64,000 bases of DNA from Myxococcota bacterium (lineage in GTDB: Bacteria; Myxococcota_A; UBA9042; PHBI01; JAWLBL01). The DNA is taken from NCBI GenBank assembly GCA_041687695.1, contig JAWLBL010000027.1, positions 63,021 through 127,020 of the forward strand, written 5' to 3'. The notes beneath the pieces were generated by a model. The model made no database searches, was not told where the DNA came from, and saw only the letters and a program-made list of their open reading frames with translations. The translations under genes and the position numbers were made by a program. Shown one piece after another: positions 46,903-56,687 of the stretch (the first letter of the stretch is position 1; the number at the start of each line of letters is the position of its first letter).

Positions 46903-47252
46903 CGCGAGCCCGAGCGCCATCCTGGAGCCCCGTCGACCACAAGGCCGGCGGGGCTCCGGCGCAGGGTCATCGCAAAGTCCGTCGAGCGTTGCGCGCAGCG
47001 AGCTGCGCGGGCCCTCGAGCCCCAGCGAGCTGGGGCAGTCCGTCAACACTCGCCGCCACGAATCCACCGCGGAGTCCGACGACCGGACTGCACGAGCTCG
47101 CTCGTGCTCCGGCGTAGCGCGGCTCGCCGCGCTGAATGCGAGGCGTGGCGAGCCCATTGGCGACTTTGCGACCGCCCTGGGCTCCGGCGTTCCCGACGGC
47201 CGCCGGTGGCGTTCGGAATGGACGCGAGCCCGCGCGTCCCCGAGGATGGCGC
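46901..47252. repeat. nested palindromic REPIN-like intergenic element
   Basis: Inverted TCGCAAAGTC/GACTTTGCGA (46970/47162) enclose four hairpins with CGAG/CTCG loops; 12-bp direct repeat GACGCGAGCCCG at 46901 and 47221; inverted GCGCCATCCT/AGGATGGCGC at 46914/47243. Confidence 0.65.
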
Positions 47253-47276
47253 CTCCCTCCGATCTGCAGCGGCGCC

Positions 47277-48602
47277 ATGCTCACCTCCCTGGTCATCATC
47301 TTCTGCCTCATCCTGCTCAACGGCGTCTTCGCCGGCGCCGAGATCGCCATCGTCTCGGTCCGCAAGAGCCGCCTCGACGAGCTCGCCGAGCAGGGCAAGC
47401 GCCGCGCGCACGCCGTCCAGCGCCTGCGCCGCGATCCGGACCGCTTCTTCGCCAGCGTCCAGATCGGCATCACCGTCGTCGGCGCCTCCGCCGCCGCCCT
47501 CGGCGGCTCGGACATCGCCGAGCAGCTCGCGCCCCGGCTCCGTGACCTCGGCCTGGGGGACTCGGCCGAAGGCGTGGCCCTCGGCGTCGTGGTCGCGGGC
47601 ATCTCCTACCTCTCCCTGGTCCTCGGCGAGCTGGTGCCCAAGTCGCTCGGCCTGCGCTACGCCGAAGCCTACGCGATGATCATCGGCCCTCCCCTGCTCG
47701 GCCTCGCCAAGCTGGCCAAGCCGATCGTCTGGCTCCTCACGGCCAGCTCGAACCTGGTCCTGCGCGTCTTCGGCGACAAGACCACCTTCAGCGAGGCCCG
47801 CATGTCCGCCGAGGAGCTGCAGCACCTGGTCGAGAGCGCCGCGCGCCAGGGCTCGGTCGAGGTCCACACGGGCGAGATCGCCTCGCGCGCCCTCGACCTC
47901 GAGGCGGTCCCGGTGGCCGCGGTCATGGTCCCGCGCGGCCGCATGGTGTGCATCGACCGCAACGCCCCCAAGGACGCGACCGTCGCCATCGCCATCGAGG
48001 CCGGCCACTCGCGCCTGCCCGTCAAGGACGGCGGCGTCGAGAACATCGTCGGCTACGTGCTCGCCAAGGACGTCCTGGCGCTGACCTGCGGCCCCGAGCC
48101 GTTCAACGTCGACCCCATCGTGCGCGAGGCCTGGTTCGTCCCCGAGACCATGCGCAGCCTGGACGCCCTGCGCGCCATGCAGCGCCGCCGCCTCAAGCTC
48201 GCCGTCGTCGTCGACGAGCGGGGCTCGGTGGCCGGCCTCGTCACCGCCGAGGATCTGGTCGAGGAGCTGGTCGGCGAGATCGTCAGCGAGCACGAGCTGC
48301 CCCTCGAGCTGGTGCGCAGCGACGACGACGGCGCCTACGTCGTCCCGGGCGGCGCGCCGATCCGCGACATCAACCGCGCGACCCCGCTCGACCTCCCCGA
48401 GGGCGAGGGCTACTCGACCGTGGCCGGGCTCATCCTGGCCCGCATCGGCCACATCCCCGCGGCGGGCGAGGGCGTCGACCTGTCCGACGGCACGCGCCTC
48501 GAGGTGCTCGAGGCGTCGCCGCGTCGCATCGCCTCCGTGCGCATCGTGCCGCCCGACGAGCCGCCCGACCTCGCCCCCGGCGGGGGACACGCCCCCGGCT
48601 GA
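47277..48602 (+). CDS. hemolysin/CNNM family protein (DUF21-CBS-CorC)
   Basis: LNGVFAGAEIAIVS, SVQIGIT, LGELVPKSLG, VMVPR, GHSRLPV, VVDERG..AGLVTAEDLVEELVGEI, YSTVAGLI. Confidence 0.93.
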   Translation: MLTSLVIIFCLILLNGVFAGAEIAIVSVRKSRLDELAEQGKRRAHAVQRLRRDPDRFFASVQIGITVVGASAAALGGSDIAEQLAPRLRDLGLGDSAEGVALGVVVAGISYLSLVLGELVPKSLGLRYAEAYAMIIGPPLLGLAKLAKPIVWLLTASSNLVLRVFGDKTTFSEARMSAEELQHLVESAARQGSVEVHTGEIASRALDLEAVPVAAVMVPRGRMVCIDRNAPKDATVAIAIEAGHSRLPVKDGGVENIVGYVLAKDVLALTCGPEPFNVDPIVREAWFVPETMRSLDALRAMQRRRLKLAVVVDERGSVAGLVTAEDLVEELVGEIVSEHELPLELVRSDDDGAYVVPGGAPIRDINRATPLDLPEGEGYSTVAGLILARIGHIPAAGEGVDLSDGTRLEVLEASPRRIASVRIVPPDEPPDLAPGGGHAPG

Positions 48603-48723
48603 CCCGAAGCCGCGGCCTCCGGGCGCCGTTCGACTCGAGCCGGGCCTCGGTGTAGGCTGGACGTTCTGGCGGTGGGGGCCGCCTGGGCGACGCGAGTAGG
48701 ACGCCGCGAACTCGGGAGGAAGG

Positions 48724-51174
48724 GTGACCTCACCGCGCGATCGCGAGTCGGAGCAGCTCCCGAAGCCTGTTCCCGTCGCACAGCGCCTGCGCGCCGCCGG
48801 CTTCGCGCCCCCCGCGCCCCCCTCTCCCTGGTCGCCGCGCGCCGAGGCGCCCCGGCTGCGCGAGCGCCTGTCACGCGGCGCCCGGCCCGACGTCGTCGCC
48901 GTCGCCGGCCCGACCGGCATCGGCAAGTCGGCGCTCGCCGCCTTCGTCGCCCGCCAGCTCGAGCCCGACTACCCGGACGGCCTCGTCTGGATACAGGCCA
49001 ACCGCCTCGACGACCCCGAGCTGGTCCTGGCCACCCAGCTCCACCTCGCCGACCTGCTCGGCTTCCGCGCCGCCCTGCCCGAGCCCGCGATGGTCGCGCG
49101 CCCCCAGTTCGACCAGGCCTTCCGCCGCGAGCTGTGGCGCCCCGGGCGCTTCGTGGTCCTCGACGACGTGCGCCGCCCCGAGGTCGTCCAGCACTTCGTG
49201 GACGACGACGTCGCCGTCCACGCGCTGGTGACCAGCCACCTGCCCCACCTCGGCGACCGCCTCCGAGCCGAGCCCCTGGCCCTCGGCGGCCTGCCCGAGG
49301 AGGCCGCCCTCGCCATCCTCGAGGGCTGGGTCGGCGGCGCGCGCCTCGCCGGCGACTGGCCCGGCACGCGCCGCCTGCTGGCCGTCCTCGACGGCGTCCC
49401 CCGCCACCTCCACATCGCCGGCCGCGTGCTCTCCCGCGAGCCCGCGACCGCCACGGGCGCCCTCGCCGCCCGCATCACCGCCGACCCCACGCCCCTCGCC
49501 ACCCGCGACGCGCCCGCCGCGCCCCCCGCCCCCCGCGACGCGCCCGCCGCGCCCTCCGACGCCGACCCCGGCGGCTCGCTGCTCCCCTTCCAGCACCTCC
49601 GCTGGGTGATGTCGCCCGCGGCCTGGGACCTCTTCGCCGCCCTCAGCGCCTTCGAGGACCGGCCCTTCTCGCGGTCCTGGGCCGCCGCCGTCTCCAGGCT
49701 GGAGCCCGGCGCGTGCGAGCGCCACCTGCGCGAGCTGGTCGAGCTCTTCCTCGTCACCGACGACGACCCCGCCCGCGACCCCGGCCCCGCCGAGCCGCGC
49801 TTCCACCTCGACGCCGAGGCCGCCCGCGCCGCCCGCTGGGCCGCCGGGGTCGAGCGCCACGCCCGCTTCCAGCAGCGCCTGCTCGACCACGCAGCCGCCG
49901 AGGCCCGCCGCTGGGCGCGGGTCGGACGGGCCGCCAGCCTTCAGGCCTGGCGCCAGCACCGCGATCTCTGGATCTTCTGCCTGGGCCTGCTCTCGGCCGA
50001 GATCCTGCCCCCCGGTCAGGGCCATCACTGTGGCCCTCCCCAGCCCGGCGACGACGCGCCGAGCCCGCCGGACGCCGGCCGGCAGCTGCCCGACCTCTGC
50101 CTCCTGCTGATCGCCGCCGACCTGCCCCGCCGCACGTGGGCGACCGGCCGCTGGCTGAACGCCGGGTACCGGGTCGCCCGGCGCCAGGGTCGCGTCGACG
50201 CCATGGCCGACATCGCCCATGGCCTGGGCTGGCGCGCCGTCGGACGCCTCGTCTTCACCGCCTCGCAGCCGTGGTTCCTGCGCGCCGCCGATCACGACCT
50301 CGGCTGCGGCCGCGCCGAGCAGGCCGTCGCCTCGCTCGCGCTGTCCGCCTTCTCGCTGTACCCGCAGGCGCGCCTCGACGAGGCCCGCGCCCTGCTCGCC
50401 CGGGCGGTCGACGCGGCGCGCGCGGCCGATCTCCGCGGCCCGGCGGTCGCCGCGGTGGTCAACCAGGCGGCGCTGTTCGAGGCCCGCTGCGCGACCGAGC
50501 TGGACGGCTGGCGGTCGGCGCGGGCCTTGCTCGCCGAGGCGCTCGGGCGCTGCCTCGGCGTGACGCGCGCCGCCGCGTTCATGGCGGCGACCTGCCGGGT
50601 CAACGCGGCCTTCTGCGAGCGACGTCTCGACGGACGCCTCGCCGCGCCCGAGCGCACGGCCCGCGATCTGGCCACCTTGGACGAGGCGCTGCCGGAGAGC
50701 GACCTGGACCGGCACCGGCTGGCCGCCATGGCCCGCTGGCTGGGGGTCGCGGCCCCGAGCGCCCGCCCGCTGCCCAGCCCGGGTGAGTGCGTCCGTCAGA
50801 CCCCGGTCACCGAGCGGGTCCGCATGATGATGCGCTTCGACGAGCTGACGCGGATCGGCGCGATGCTGGCCGAGCACGAGGCGACCGGAGCGCCGCTGCC
50901 GCCCAACGCCAGCGGCGAGCTGGGCCTGGCCGAGCTGACGCTCGATCTGCCCATCGAGCGCGAGGTCGGGATGATCGTCGCCGTCCTCTTCCCCATCGGC
51001 GGGCTGCGGTACCTGCTGACCGAGGACTACTTCGCCCTCGCCCTGCCCCGCGCCCGCGTGGCGCTCGGCGAGCAGCACCCCCTTTGCGGCCTCATCGAGG
51101 CCGAGCGAGACCGCCGGTTCGGGGCGCCTGACGGCCCGCTCGCGCCCCCGGCCGAGCCGCCCGGCGGCGGTTGA
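48724..51174 (+). CDS. NB-ARC-like STAND NTPase with winged helix and TPR-like C-terminus
   Basis: Walker A GPTGIGKS, YPDGLVWI, Walker B VVLDDV, LVTSH sensor, LDGVPRHLHIAG (GxP-like), LRELVELFLV winged helix, helical repeats; GGAGGA RBS. Confidence 0.8.
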   Translation: MTSPRDRESEQLPKPVPVAQRLRAAGFAPPAPPSPWSPRAEAPRLRERLSRGARPDVVAVAGPTGIGKSALAAFVARQLEPDYPDGLVWIQANRLDDPELVLATQLHLADLLGFRAALPEPAMVARPQFDQAFRRELWRPGRFVVLDDVRRPEVVQHFVDDDVAVHALVTSHLPHLGDRLRAEPLALGGLPEEAALAILEGWVGGARLAGDWPGTRRLLAVLDGVPRHLHIAGRVLSREPATATGALAARITADPTPLATRDAPAAPPAPRDAPAAPSDADPGGSLLPFQHLRWVMSPAAWDLFAALSAFEDRPFSRSWAAAVSRLEPGACERHLRELVELFLVTDDDPARDPGPAEPRFHLDAEAARAARWAAGVERHARFQQRLLDHAAAEARRWARVGRAASLQAWRQHRDLWIFCLGLLSAEILPPGQGHHCGPPQPGDDAPSPPDAGRQLPDLCLLLIAADLPRRTWATGRWLNAGYRVARRQGRVDAMADIAHGLGWRAVGRLVFTASQPWFLRAADHDLGCGRAEQAVASLALSAFSLYPQARLDEARALLARAVDAARAADLRGPAVAAVVNQAALFEARCATELDGWRSARALLAEALGRCLGVTRAAAFMAATCRVNAAFCERRLDGRLAAPERTARDLATLDEALPESDLDRHRLAAMARWLGVAAPSARPLPSPGECVRQTPVTERVRMMMRFDELTRIGAMLAEHEATGAPLPPNASGELGLAELTLDLPIEREVGMIVAVLFPIGGLRYLLTEDYFALALPRARVALGEQHPLCGLIEAERDRRFGAPDGPLAPPAEPPGGG

Positions 51175-51227
51175 CCTCCGCGCGAGCCGTGCCGGTGTTT
51201 CCTCGTGGACCGGACGAGGAGGCTCCG

Positions 51228-51443
51228 ATGTCGTCCAAGCGGATCAAGAAGAAGATGGAGAAGAAGGTGAACCAGCTGCTCGCCGAGCGCGGCGAGCCGA
51301 CGCTGGACGAGCGCTACACGGCGCGGCGCGTCAACACGGGGCAGCTCAAGCAGGAGCGCACCGTCGAGGGCGGCGGGGGCGGCTCGCACGGCGGCGGCGG
51401 CGGCAAGAAGGGCTCCGAGGACCGCCAGAAGCCCAAGGGCTGA
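51228..51443 (+). CDS. small basic hypothetical protein
   Basis: AGGAGG RBS, MSSKRIKKKMEKK..., Gly-rich tail, host-like codon usage. Confidence 0.65.
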   Translation: MSSKRIKKKMEKKVNQLLAERGEPTLDERYTARRVNTGQLKQERTVEGGGGGSHGGGGGKKGSEDRQKPKG

Positions 51444-51471
51444 GGCGGCGCGTCCCCGCCCGCCCCGAGGG

Positions 51472-53700
51472 TCAGTACCCGGGGTCGGCGGGGACGGGGA
51501 CGTTCAGCGCGACCGGGAACAGGGCGTCGAGCACCTGGCCGCGGACCTTGGCGTCGGGCTCGTACAGGTACAGGTAGCGGAGCAGGTGCTCGGCCACCTT
51601 GCGGCTGTAGTTGCGCGCCTCGGAGTACGAGATCTCCTCGACCACGAAGGCCAGCGGCTGCCCGGGGTTCTCGGCCAGCCACCGCGCGACCGGCGCCGGC
51701 CCGGCGTTGTAGCTGGCCGCGGTCAGGACCAGGTTGCCGCGCCACAGCGCCAGGTGGTTGGCGAGGTACTTGAAGCTGAAGGGGAAGCCCACCGGCGGCC
51801 GCCAGAAGGTGCGCTCGTCGTAGGCGGTCCCCAGCTCGAGCGCCACCCGCTCGGCCGTCGGCGGGATCATCTGCAGCGCGCCGACCGCGTCGGTGTGGCT
51901 GATGGCCGCCGGGTTGTAGCGGCTCTCCTGGCGCATCACGGCGTAGACGAAGCGCGGGTAGACGCCGAAGCGCGCGCCCAGGCGCTCGACGAGCGGCGCG
52001 TACGCCTCGGGGTAGCCCAGCAGCCACCGCACGTCGCCCGCCCGCGGCATGTCGGTCATCGCCGCCAGCTGCCCGTTCGAGACGGTCTGCCAGCCGTGCT
52101 TGAAGTCCTCGACCTGCGCGCCCATGAACAGGATGAAGGCCTCGCGCTCCGCCTTGGGCACCGCCCGCTCGACCGCCGCGCGCACGCCCCGGTACAGCTC
52201 GCGCGCCCGATCCACCTCGCCCAGCTCGACCAACCGCCGCACCCGCGCGAACCGCTCGGCCGTCGCCCCCGCCAGCTTCGGCGCCGTCCACCCCGACGCC
52301 GTCAGCGCCGACCGCACCGCCGGCCGCCCGCCGCCCTTGGGCCACGGCAGCTTCGACGCCCTCGGGTCACGCCCCGCCCACTTCGCCTCCAGCTGCAGCC
52401 CCAGCATCGCGTACCACGTCAGCGGATAGTCCCGCTGCAGCTTGGCCAGCTTCTCCTTCGCCTCGCCCCGCCGCCCGAGCTTGTCCAGCGCATACGCCTG
52501 CCAATACCAGGCCTTCCCGCGCACCAGCGGGTTGCCGTACGGCACCAGCTCCTCGAAGGCCGCCACCGCCCCCCGCCAGTCCTCGGCCCGGATGAAGCAC
52601 CACGCCTTGAACCCGCGCACCAGCGACCGCCGGTTGCCGAACGCCCGGATGTACGCGTCCATCGCCGCCTCGCACCGCCGCTCGTCGAACGGCAGCCACG
52701 CCCGGTAGTAGGCCACCGCCTCGCGGTGCTCGCCCTTCGGGTACAGCCGGTCGTAGCGGTCGGCCACCTCCAGCGCCTCGGCGTAGCGGTCCTCCTTGAT
52801 GTAGGTCCGCATCAGCCGGTACAGCGCGCCCTCCCGGTGCTTGCCCGCCCTCTCGGCCAGCCCGCGAAACATCTCGCGCGGCTCTTCGGCCGCGTCGCGC
52901 AGCTTCTCGAGGCCGATGACCCCGACGCTCCACCGCGCCTCCTCGCCGTACCGCGGGTGGTCCACCAGCCCCCGGAACAGGACCCGCGCCCGCTCGTAGT
53001 CCCAGCGCGCCATCATGTTGCGCGCCCGCGTCATCTTCTCGTCGACCGTCAGGCTGCCCTCGGTCGCCCGCAGCCCCGGCGCCAGCGTCGCCTTCTCGCT
53101 CGGGTAGGCCACCAGCAGCCGCCGCTCGACCTCGTCCGCCCGCGCCGGGTCGCTCGCCCTCAGGAACTCGGCCCGCGTCCGCAGCGCCCGCGCCCGCGCC
53201 CACCGCGGCCCGCCGTCGATCACCTCGGCCAGCGCCGCCAGCGCCGCCTCGTCCTGCCCCGCCGCCCGCAGCAACCGCGCCCGCTCGAGCCGCAGCTCCG
53301 GCGCCTCCTCCGCGGTCGTTCCTGGGGCCTTCGGCGCCACCTTCAGGAACCGCTCGATGGTCGCCAGCGCTTCGCCGCCCCGCCCGGCTAGCACCTGCGC
53401 CCGCGCCAGCCACAGCAAGCGCAGCTCGTCGAAGTCCTCGAACGGCGCCGGCAGCGCCTCCAGGTGCGCCAGCCCCCGCGCGTCCCCGCGCTCCGTCAGC
53501 AGCCGCCCCAGCAGGTACCGCGCCGCCCGCCCGTCCGCCCCGCTCAGCTTGCCCACCGCCGGCGTCAACGCCGCGACGGCCGCCTCGTCGTCCCCGGCCC
53601 GCACCAGCCGCCGCGCCTCCTCCAGCGCCCCCACGCGCGGCGCCGCCTCCGCGGGCGTCAGGACCAGGGCCGTCAGGGCAGCGATGAGGACGAGGCGCAT
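51472..53700 (-). CDS. slt: soluble lytic murein transglycosylase with TPR-like superhelix
   Basis: Signal peptide, TPR-like repeats, AVMRQESRYNP, GALQMIPPTA, ASYNAGP, YSEARNYSRKV. Confidence 0.9.
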   Translation of the reverse strand: MRLVLIAALTALVLTPAEAAPRVGALEEARRLVRAGDDEAAVAALTPAVGKLSGADGRAARYLLGRLLTERGDARGLAHLEALPAPFEDFDELRLLWLARAQVLAGRGGEALATIERFLKVAPKAPGTTAEEAPELRLERARLLRAAGQDEAALAALAEVIDGGPRWARARALRTRAEFLRASDPARADEVERRLLVAYPSEKATLAPGLRATEGSLTVDEKMTRARNMMARWDYERARVLFRGLVDHPRYGEEARWSVGVIGLEKLRDAAEEPREMFRGLAERAGKHREGALYRLMRTYIKEDRYAEALEVADRYDRLYPKGEHREAVAYYRAWLPFDERRCEAAMDAYIRAFGNRRSLVRGFKAWCFIRAEDWRGAVAAFEELVPYGNPLVRGKAWYWQAYALDKLGRRGEAKEKLAKLQRDYPLTWYAMLGLQLEAKWAGRDPRASKLPWPKGGGRPAVRSALTASGWTAPKLAGATAERFARVRRLVELGEVDRARELYRGVRAAVERAVPKAEREAFILFMGAQVEDFKHGWQTVSNGQLAAMTDMPRAGDVRWLLGYPEAYAPLVERLGARFGVYPRFVYAVMRQESRYNPAAISHTDAVGALQMIPPTAERVALELGTAYDERTFWRPPVGFPFSFKYLANHLALWRGNLVLTAASYNAGPAPVARWLAENPGQPLAFVVEEISYSEARNYSRKVAEHLLRYLYLYEPDAKVRGQVLDALFPVALNVPVPADPGY

Positions 53701-53839
53701 GGGACTCCCACCGGCAAAGAGCGCGCCCAGGTTCTATGCCACCCCCAGCCCCCTCGCAAACTACGAGCCACCCCGCCTCCCTCGCTCCTCCCGACCTGGT
53801 CGTTACGGTCCCCCTGCGCCACCCCATTCGGAGGCCACC

Positions 53840-54346
53840 ATGGTCGACGACCCCGCACGCAGCCTGAAGAAGGGCCTCATCTTCGGCCTGTTCGCCGCCA
53901 TGCTCCTGGTCATGGCCCAGATGCTGACCGCGCCGCTCGTGGGCTACCCGCCCTCGGGGCCGCTGCGCCTGTACGCCAGCGTCCTGTTCGGCCAGCAGAT
54001 CCTCCTCGAGGCCAGCGGCGCCCACCTGCTGCTGGGCCTCCTCTTCCACCTGGCCCTGTCCGGCTGCTACGGCATCCTCTACGGCGCCCTGAACCTGCTG
54101 CTGGCGCCCGAGACCCGCGCGCGCCTGTCCTACCAGGCCGCCCTCGGCCTGCTCTGGGGCGCCGCCGTCTGGCTGGTCAACTTCGCCGTCCTCGCGCCCT
54201 GGCTCTACCCCTGGTTCCTCGAGGCCGCGCCCCTGGTGCAGCTGGCCTTGCACGTCCTCGCCTTCGGCCTGCCGCTGGGCCTCATGTTCGCCGCCGCCGA
54301 GCGCCACGGCCCCTTCCGCCGCGCGCCGAATCACGCGCCGTCATGA
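53840..54346 (+). CDS. 4-TM membrane protein with conserved His (paralog of 62398..62916)
   Basis: GGAGG RBS; PLRLYASVLFGQ, HLALSGCYGILYG, GAAVWLVNF, YPWFL, HVLAFGLPLG. Confidence 0.78.
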   Translation: MVDDPARSLKKGLIFGLFAAMLLVMAQMLTAPLVGYPPSGPLRLYASVLFGQQILLEASGAHLLLGLLFHLALSGCYGILYGALNLLLAPETRARLSYQAALGLLWGAAVWLVNFAVLAPWLYPWFLEAAPLVQLALHVLAFGLPLGLMFAAAERHGPFRRAPNHAPS

Positions 54347-56190
54347 GCCCGCCCGCCATCGAAGACCACGCCGCCATCGGCGACGGCCGCTCGGTCGCCC
54401 TCGTCTCGCGCGGCGGCTCCGTCGACTGGCTCTGCTGGCCGCGCTTCGAGAGCCCGGCCCTCTTCGCCGCCCTGCTCGCCGCCGCCGACGGCGGCGTCTT
54501 CCGCGTCGCCCCCGCCGCCCCGGCGCGCCCGACCTGGCGCTACCTACCCGACAGCAACGTCCTCGAGACCCGCTGGCACACCCCCGCCGGCCGCCTGGTC
54601 GTGACGGATCTCATGCCCATCACCGCGGACGCGCGCGAGCCGGCGCCCGAGCACGAGCTGCTGCGGCTCGCCCGCTGCGAGGCCGGCGAGGTCGAGGTCG
54701 AGGTCGTCTTCGCCCCCCGCCCCGGCTTCGGCGCCGACCGCCCGCGCTGGCGCGACGCCGGACCGCTGGGGGTCCGGGTCTCCTTCGGCCGCGCCCTGCT
54801 GACCTTGCGGTCCACCCGCCCGCTGACCCTGCGCGACGGCGGCGCCGTCGGCCGCTTCCGCCTCCGCGCCGGCGACACGCTCGATCTCTCGCTGTCCTAC
54901 AGCCTCGAGGCCCCGGCCGTCCTGCCGCCTCTCGAAGAGCCCGCCCGCGCGCGCCTCGAGGCCACCCTCGCCCACTGGCGCGCCTGGGCCGCCCGGGTCC
55001 GCTACGACGGCCCCTTCCGCGCCGCCGTGGTCCGCAGCGCCCTGACGCTGGCCCTGCTCCGCTACGCCCCCTCCGGCGCCGTCGTCGCCGCCGCCACCAC
55101 CTCGCTGCCCGAGCGCCTCGGCGGCGACCTGAACTGGGACTACCGCTTCTGCTGGCTGCGCGACGCCGCCTTCACCGCCCGCGCCCTGCACCGCCTCGGG
55201 CTCGCGGACGACGCCCGCGGCTTCGTCGGCTGGTGCCTGCACGCCACGCGCCTGACCCGCCCCGAGCTGCGCGTCTTGTATGACGTCCACGGCCGCGCCC
55301 CGCGCCCCGAGCGCCGCCTCGAGCACCTGCCCGGCTACCGCGGCTCGCGCCCGGTGCGCATCGGCAACGCGGCGGCCGACCAGCACCAGCTGGACGTCTA
55401 CGGCGAGCTGGTCGCGGCCGTGCTCGAGCTGGTCGGCCACTCGCGCGAGCACCTCGACGCCGAGACCTGCCGCATGCTGGTCGACTTCGGCACCTTCGTC
55501 TGCCGCCACTGGGACCAGCCCGACGACGGCATCTGGGAGCTGCGCGCCCCGCCGCGGCACTACACCCACTCGAAGCTGCTCGCCTGGAAGGCCCTCGACG
55601 GCCTCATCGCCCTGCACGCCCAGCGCGCCCTGCCCCGCCTGCCGGGCGACCGCTTCGTCAAGAACCGCGATCTCCTGCGCCGCGAGCTGCTCGAGCGGGC
55701 CTGGAGCCCGCGTCAGGGCGCCTACGTCCAGGCCTACGGCGACGAGCGCCTCGACGCCGCGGCCCTGCTCTTCGCCTGGTACGGCTTCCACCCGGCCAGC
55801 CACCCACGCATCCGAGCGACCGTGCGCGCCCTGGTCCGCGGCCTGTCCTGCGGCCCCGGCCTCCTGTACCGCTACGAGCAGAGCCGCGACGCCGGCGAGG
55901 GCGCCTTCGGCATCTGCTCCTTCTGGCTGGCCGACGTCCTCGCCCGCGGCGCCGGCACCCTGGCCCAGGCCCGCGCCGCCTTCACCGACGCGCTCGCCTG
56001 GTCGAACGACCTGGGCCTGTTCTCCGAAGAGGTCGACCCCGCGACCGGCGCCGCGCTGGGCAACTTCCCCCAGGCCTACACCCACGTGGGCCTCATCAAC
56101 GCCGCGCTCTCCCTCGCCGCCCGCGAGCGCGCCCACGTCCGCCACGGCAAGGGGGCGCCGCCGCCCCACCTGCACGGAGGCCCGCCATGA
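54343..56190 (+). CDS. glycoside hydrolase family 15 (glucoamylase/trehalase-like)
   Basis: IEDHAAIGDGRSVALV, VAAATTSLPE..GG..NWDYRFCWLRD, QLDVYGE, PDDGIWE, EGAFGICSFW, LGLFSEE, GNFPQAYTH. Confidence 0.94.
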   Translation: MSPPAIEDHAAIGDGRSVALVSRGGSVDWLCWPRFESPALFAALLAAADGGVFRVAPAAPARPTWRYLPDSNVLETRWHTPAGRLVVTDLMPITADAREPAPEHELLRLARCEAGEVEVEVVFAPRPGFGADRPRWRDAGPLGVRVSFGRALLTLRSTRPLTLRDGGAVGRFRLRAGDTLDLSLSYSLEAPAVLPPLEEPARARLEATLAHWRAWAARVRYDGPFRAAVVRSALTLALLRYAPSGAVVAAATTSLPERLGGDLNWDYRFCWLRDAAFTARALHRLGLADDARGFVGWCLHATRLTRPELRVLYDVHGRAPRPERRLEHLPGYRGSRPVRIGNAAADQHQLDVYGELVAAVLELVGHSREHLDAETCRMLVDFGTFVCRHWDQPDDGIWELRAPPRHYTHSKLLAWKALDGLIALHAQRALPRLPGDRFVKNRDLLRRELLERAWSPRQGAYVQAYGDERLDAAALLFAWYGFHPASHPRIRATVRALVRGLSCGPGLLYRYEQSRDAGEGAFGICSFWLADVLARGAGTLAQARAAFTDALAWSNDLGLFSEEVDPATGAALGNFPQAYTHVGLINAALSLAARERAHVRHGKGAPPPHLHGGPP

Positions 56191-56660
56191 ACGTCGCCAG
56201 CTGGCTCCTGTGGGGCTTCGCGGCCACCGTCGTCCTCACGACCCTGCTCGCCGGCAGCCAGGGCCTGGGCCTGACCCGCATGAACATGCCCTACCTGCTC
56301 GGCACGATGGTCACCGCCGACCGCGACCGCGCCAAGGCCATCGGCATCGCCCTGCACCTCGTCAACGGTTGGCTCTTCTCCCTGGTCTACGTCGCCGCCT
56401 TCGAGGTCACGGGCCTCGCCACCTGGCCCTTCGGCGCGGCCATCGGCCTGGTCCACGGCGCCTTCGTCGCCACCGTCGCCCTGACCTTCCTCCCCGGCCT
56501 CCACCCCCACATGGCCAGCGAGCACCAGACCCCGACCTCCGCCCCCCTCCTCGAGCCCCCTGGCTTCCTCGGCCTCAACTACGGCCCCCAGACCCCCATC
56601 TCCATCCTCCTGTCCCACCTGGTCTTCGGCCTCATCCTCGGCGCCTTCTACACCCCCTGA
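56187..56660 (+). CDS. 4-TM membrane protein, hypothetical
   Basis: ATGA overlap with GH15; TRMNMPYLLG, HLVNGWLF, HPHMASE, LEPPGF, SHLVFGLILG. Confidence 0.8.
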   Translation: MNVASWLLWGFAATVVLTTLLAGSQGLGLTRMNMPYLLGTMVTADRDRAKAIGIALHLVNGWLFSLVYVAAFEVTGLATWPFGAAIGLVHGAFVATVALTFLPGLHPHMASEHQTPTSAPLLEPPGFLGLNYGPQTPISILLSHLVFGLILGAFYTP

Positions 56661-56687
56661 CGACCCGCAGGCCCCACGGACGTCACC

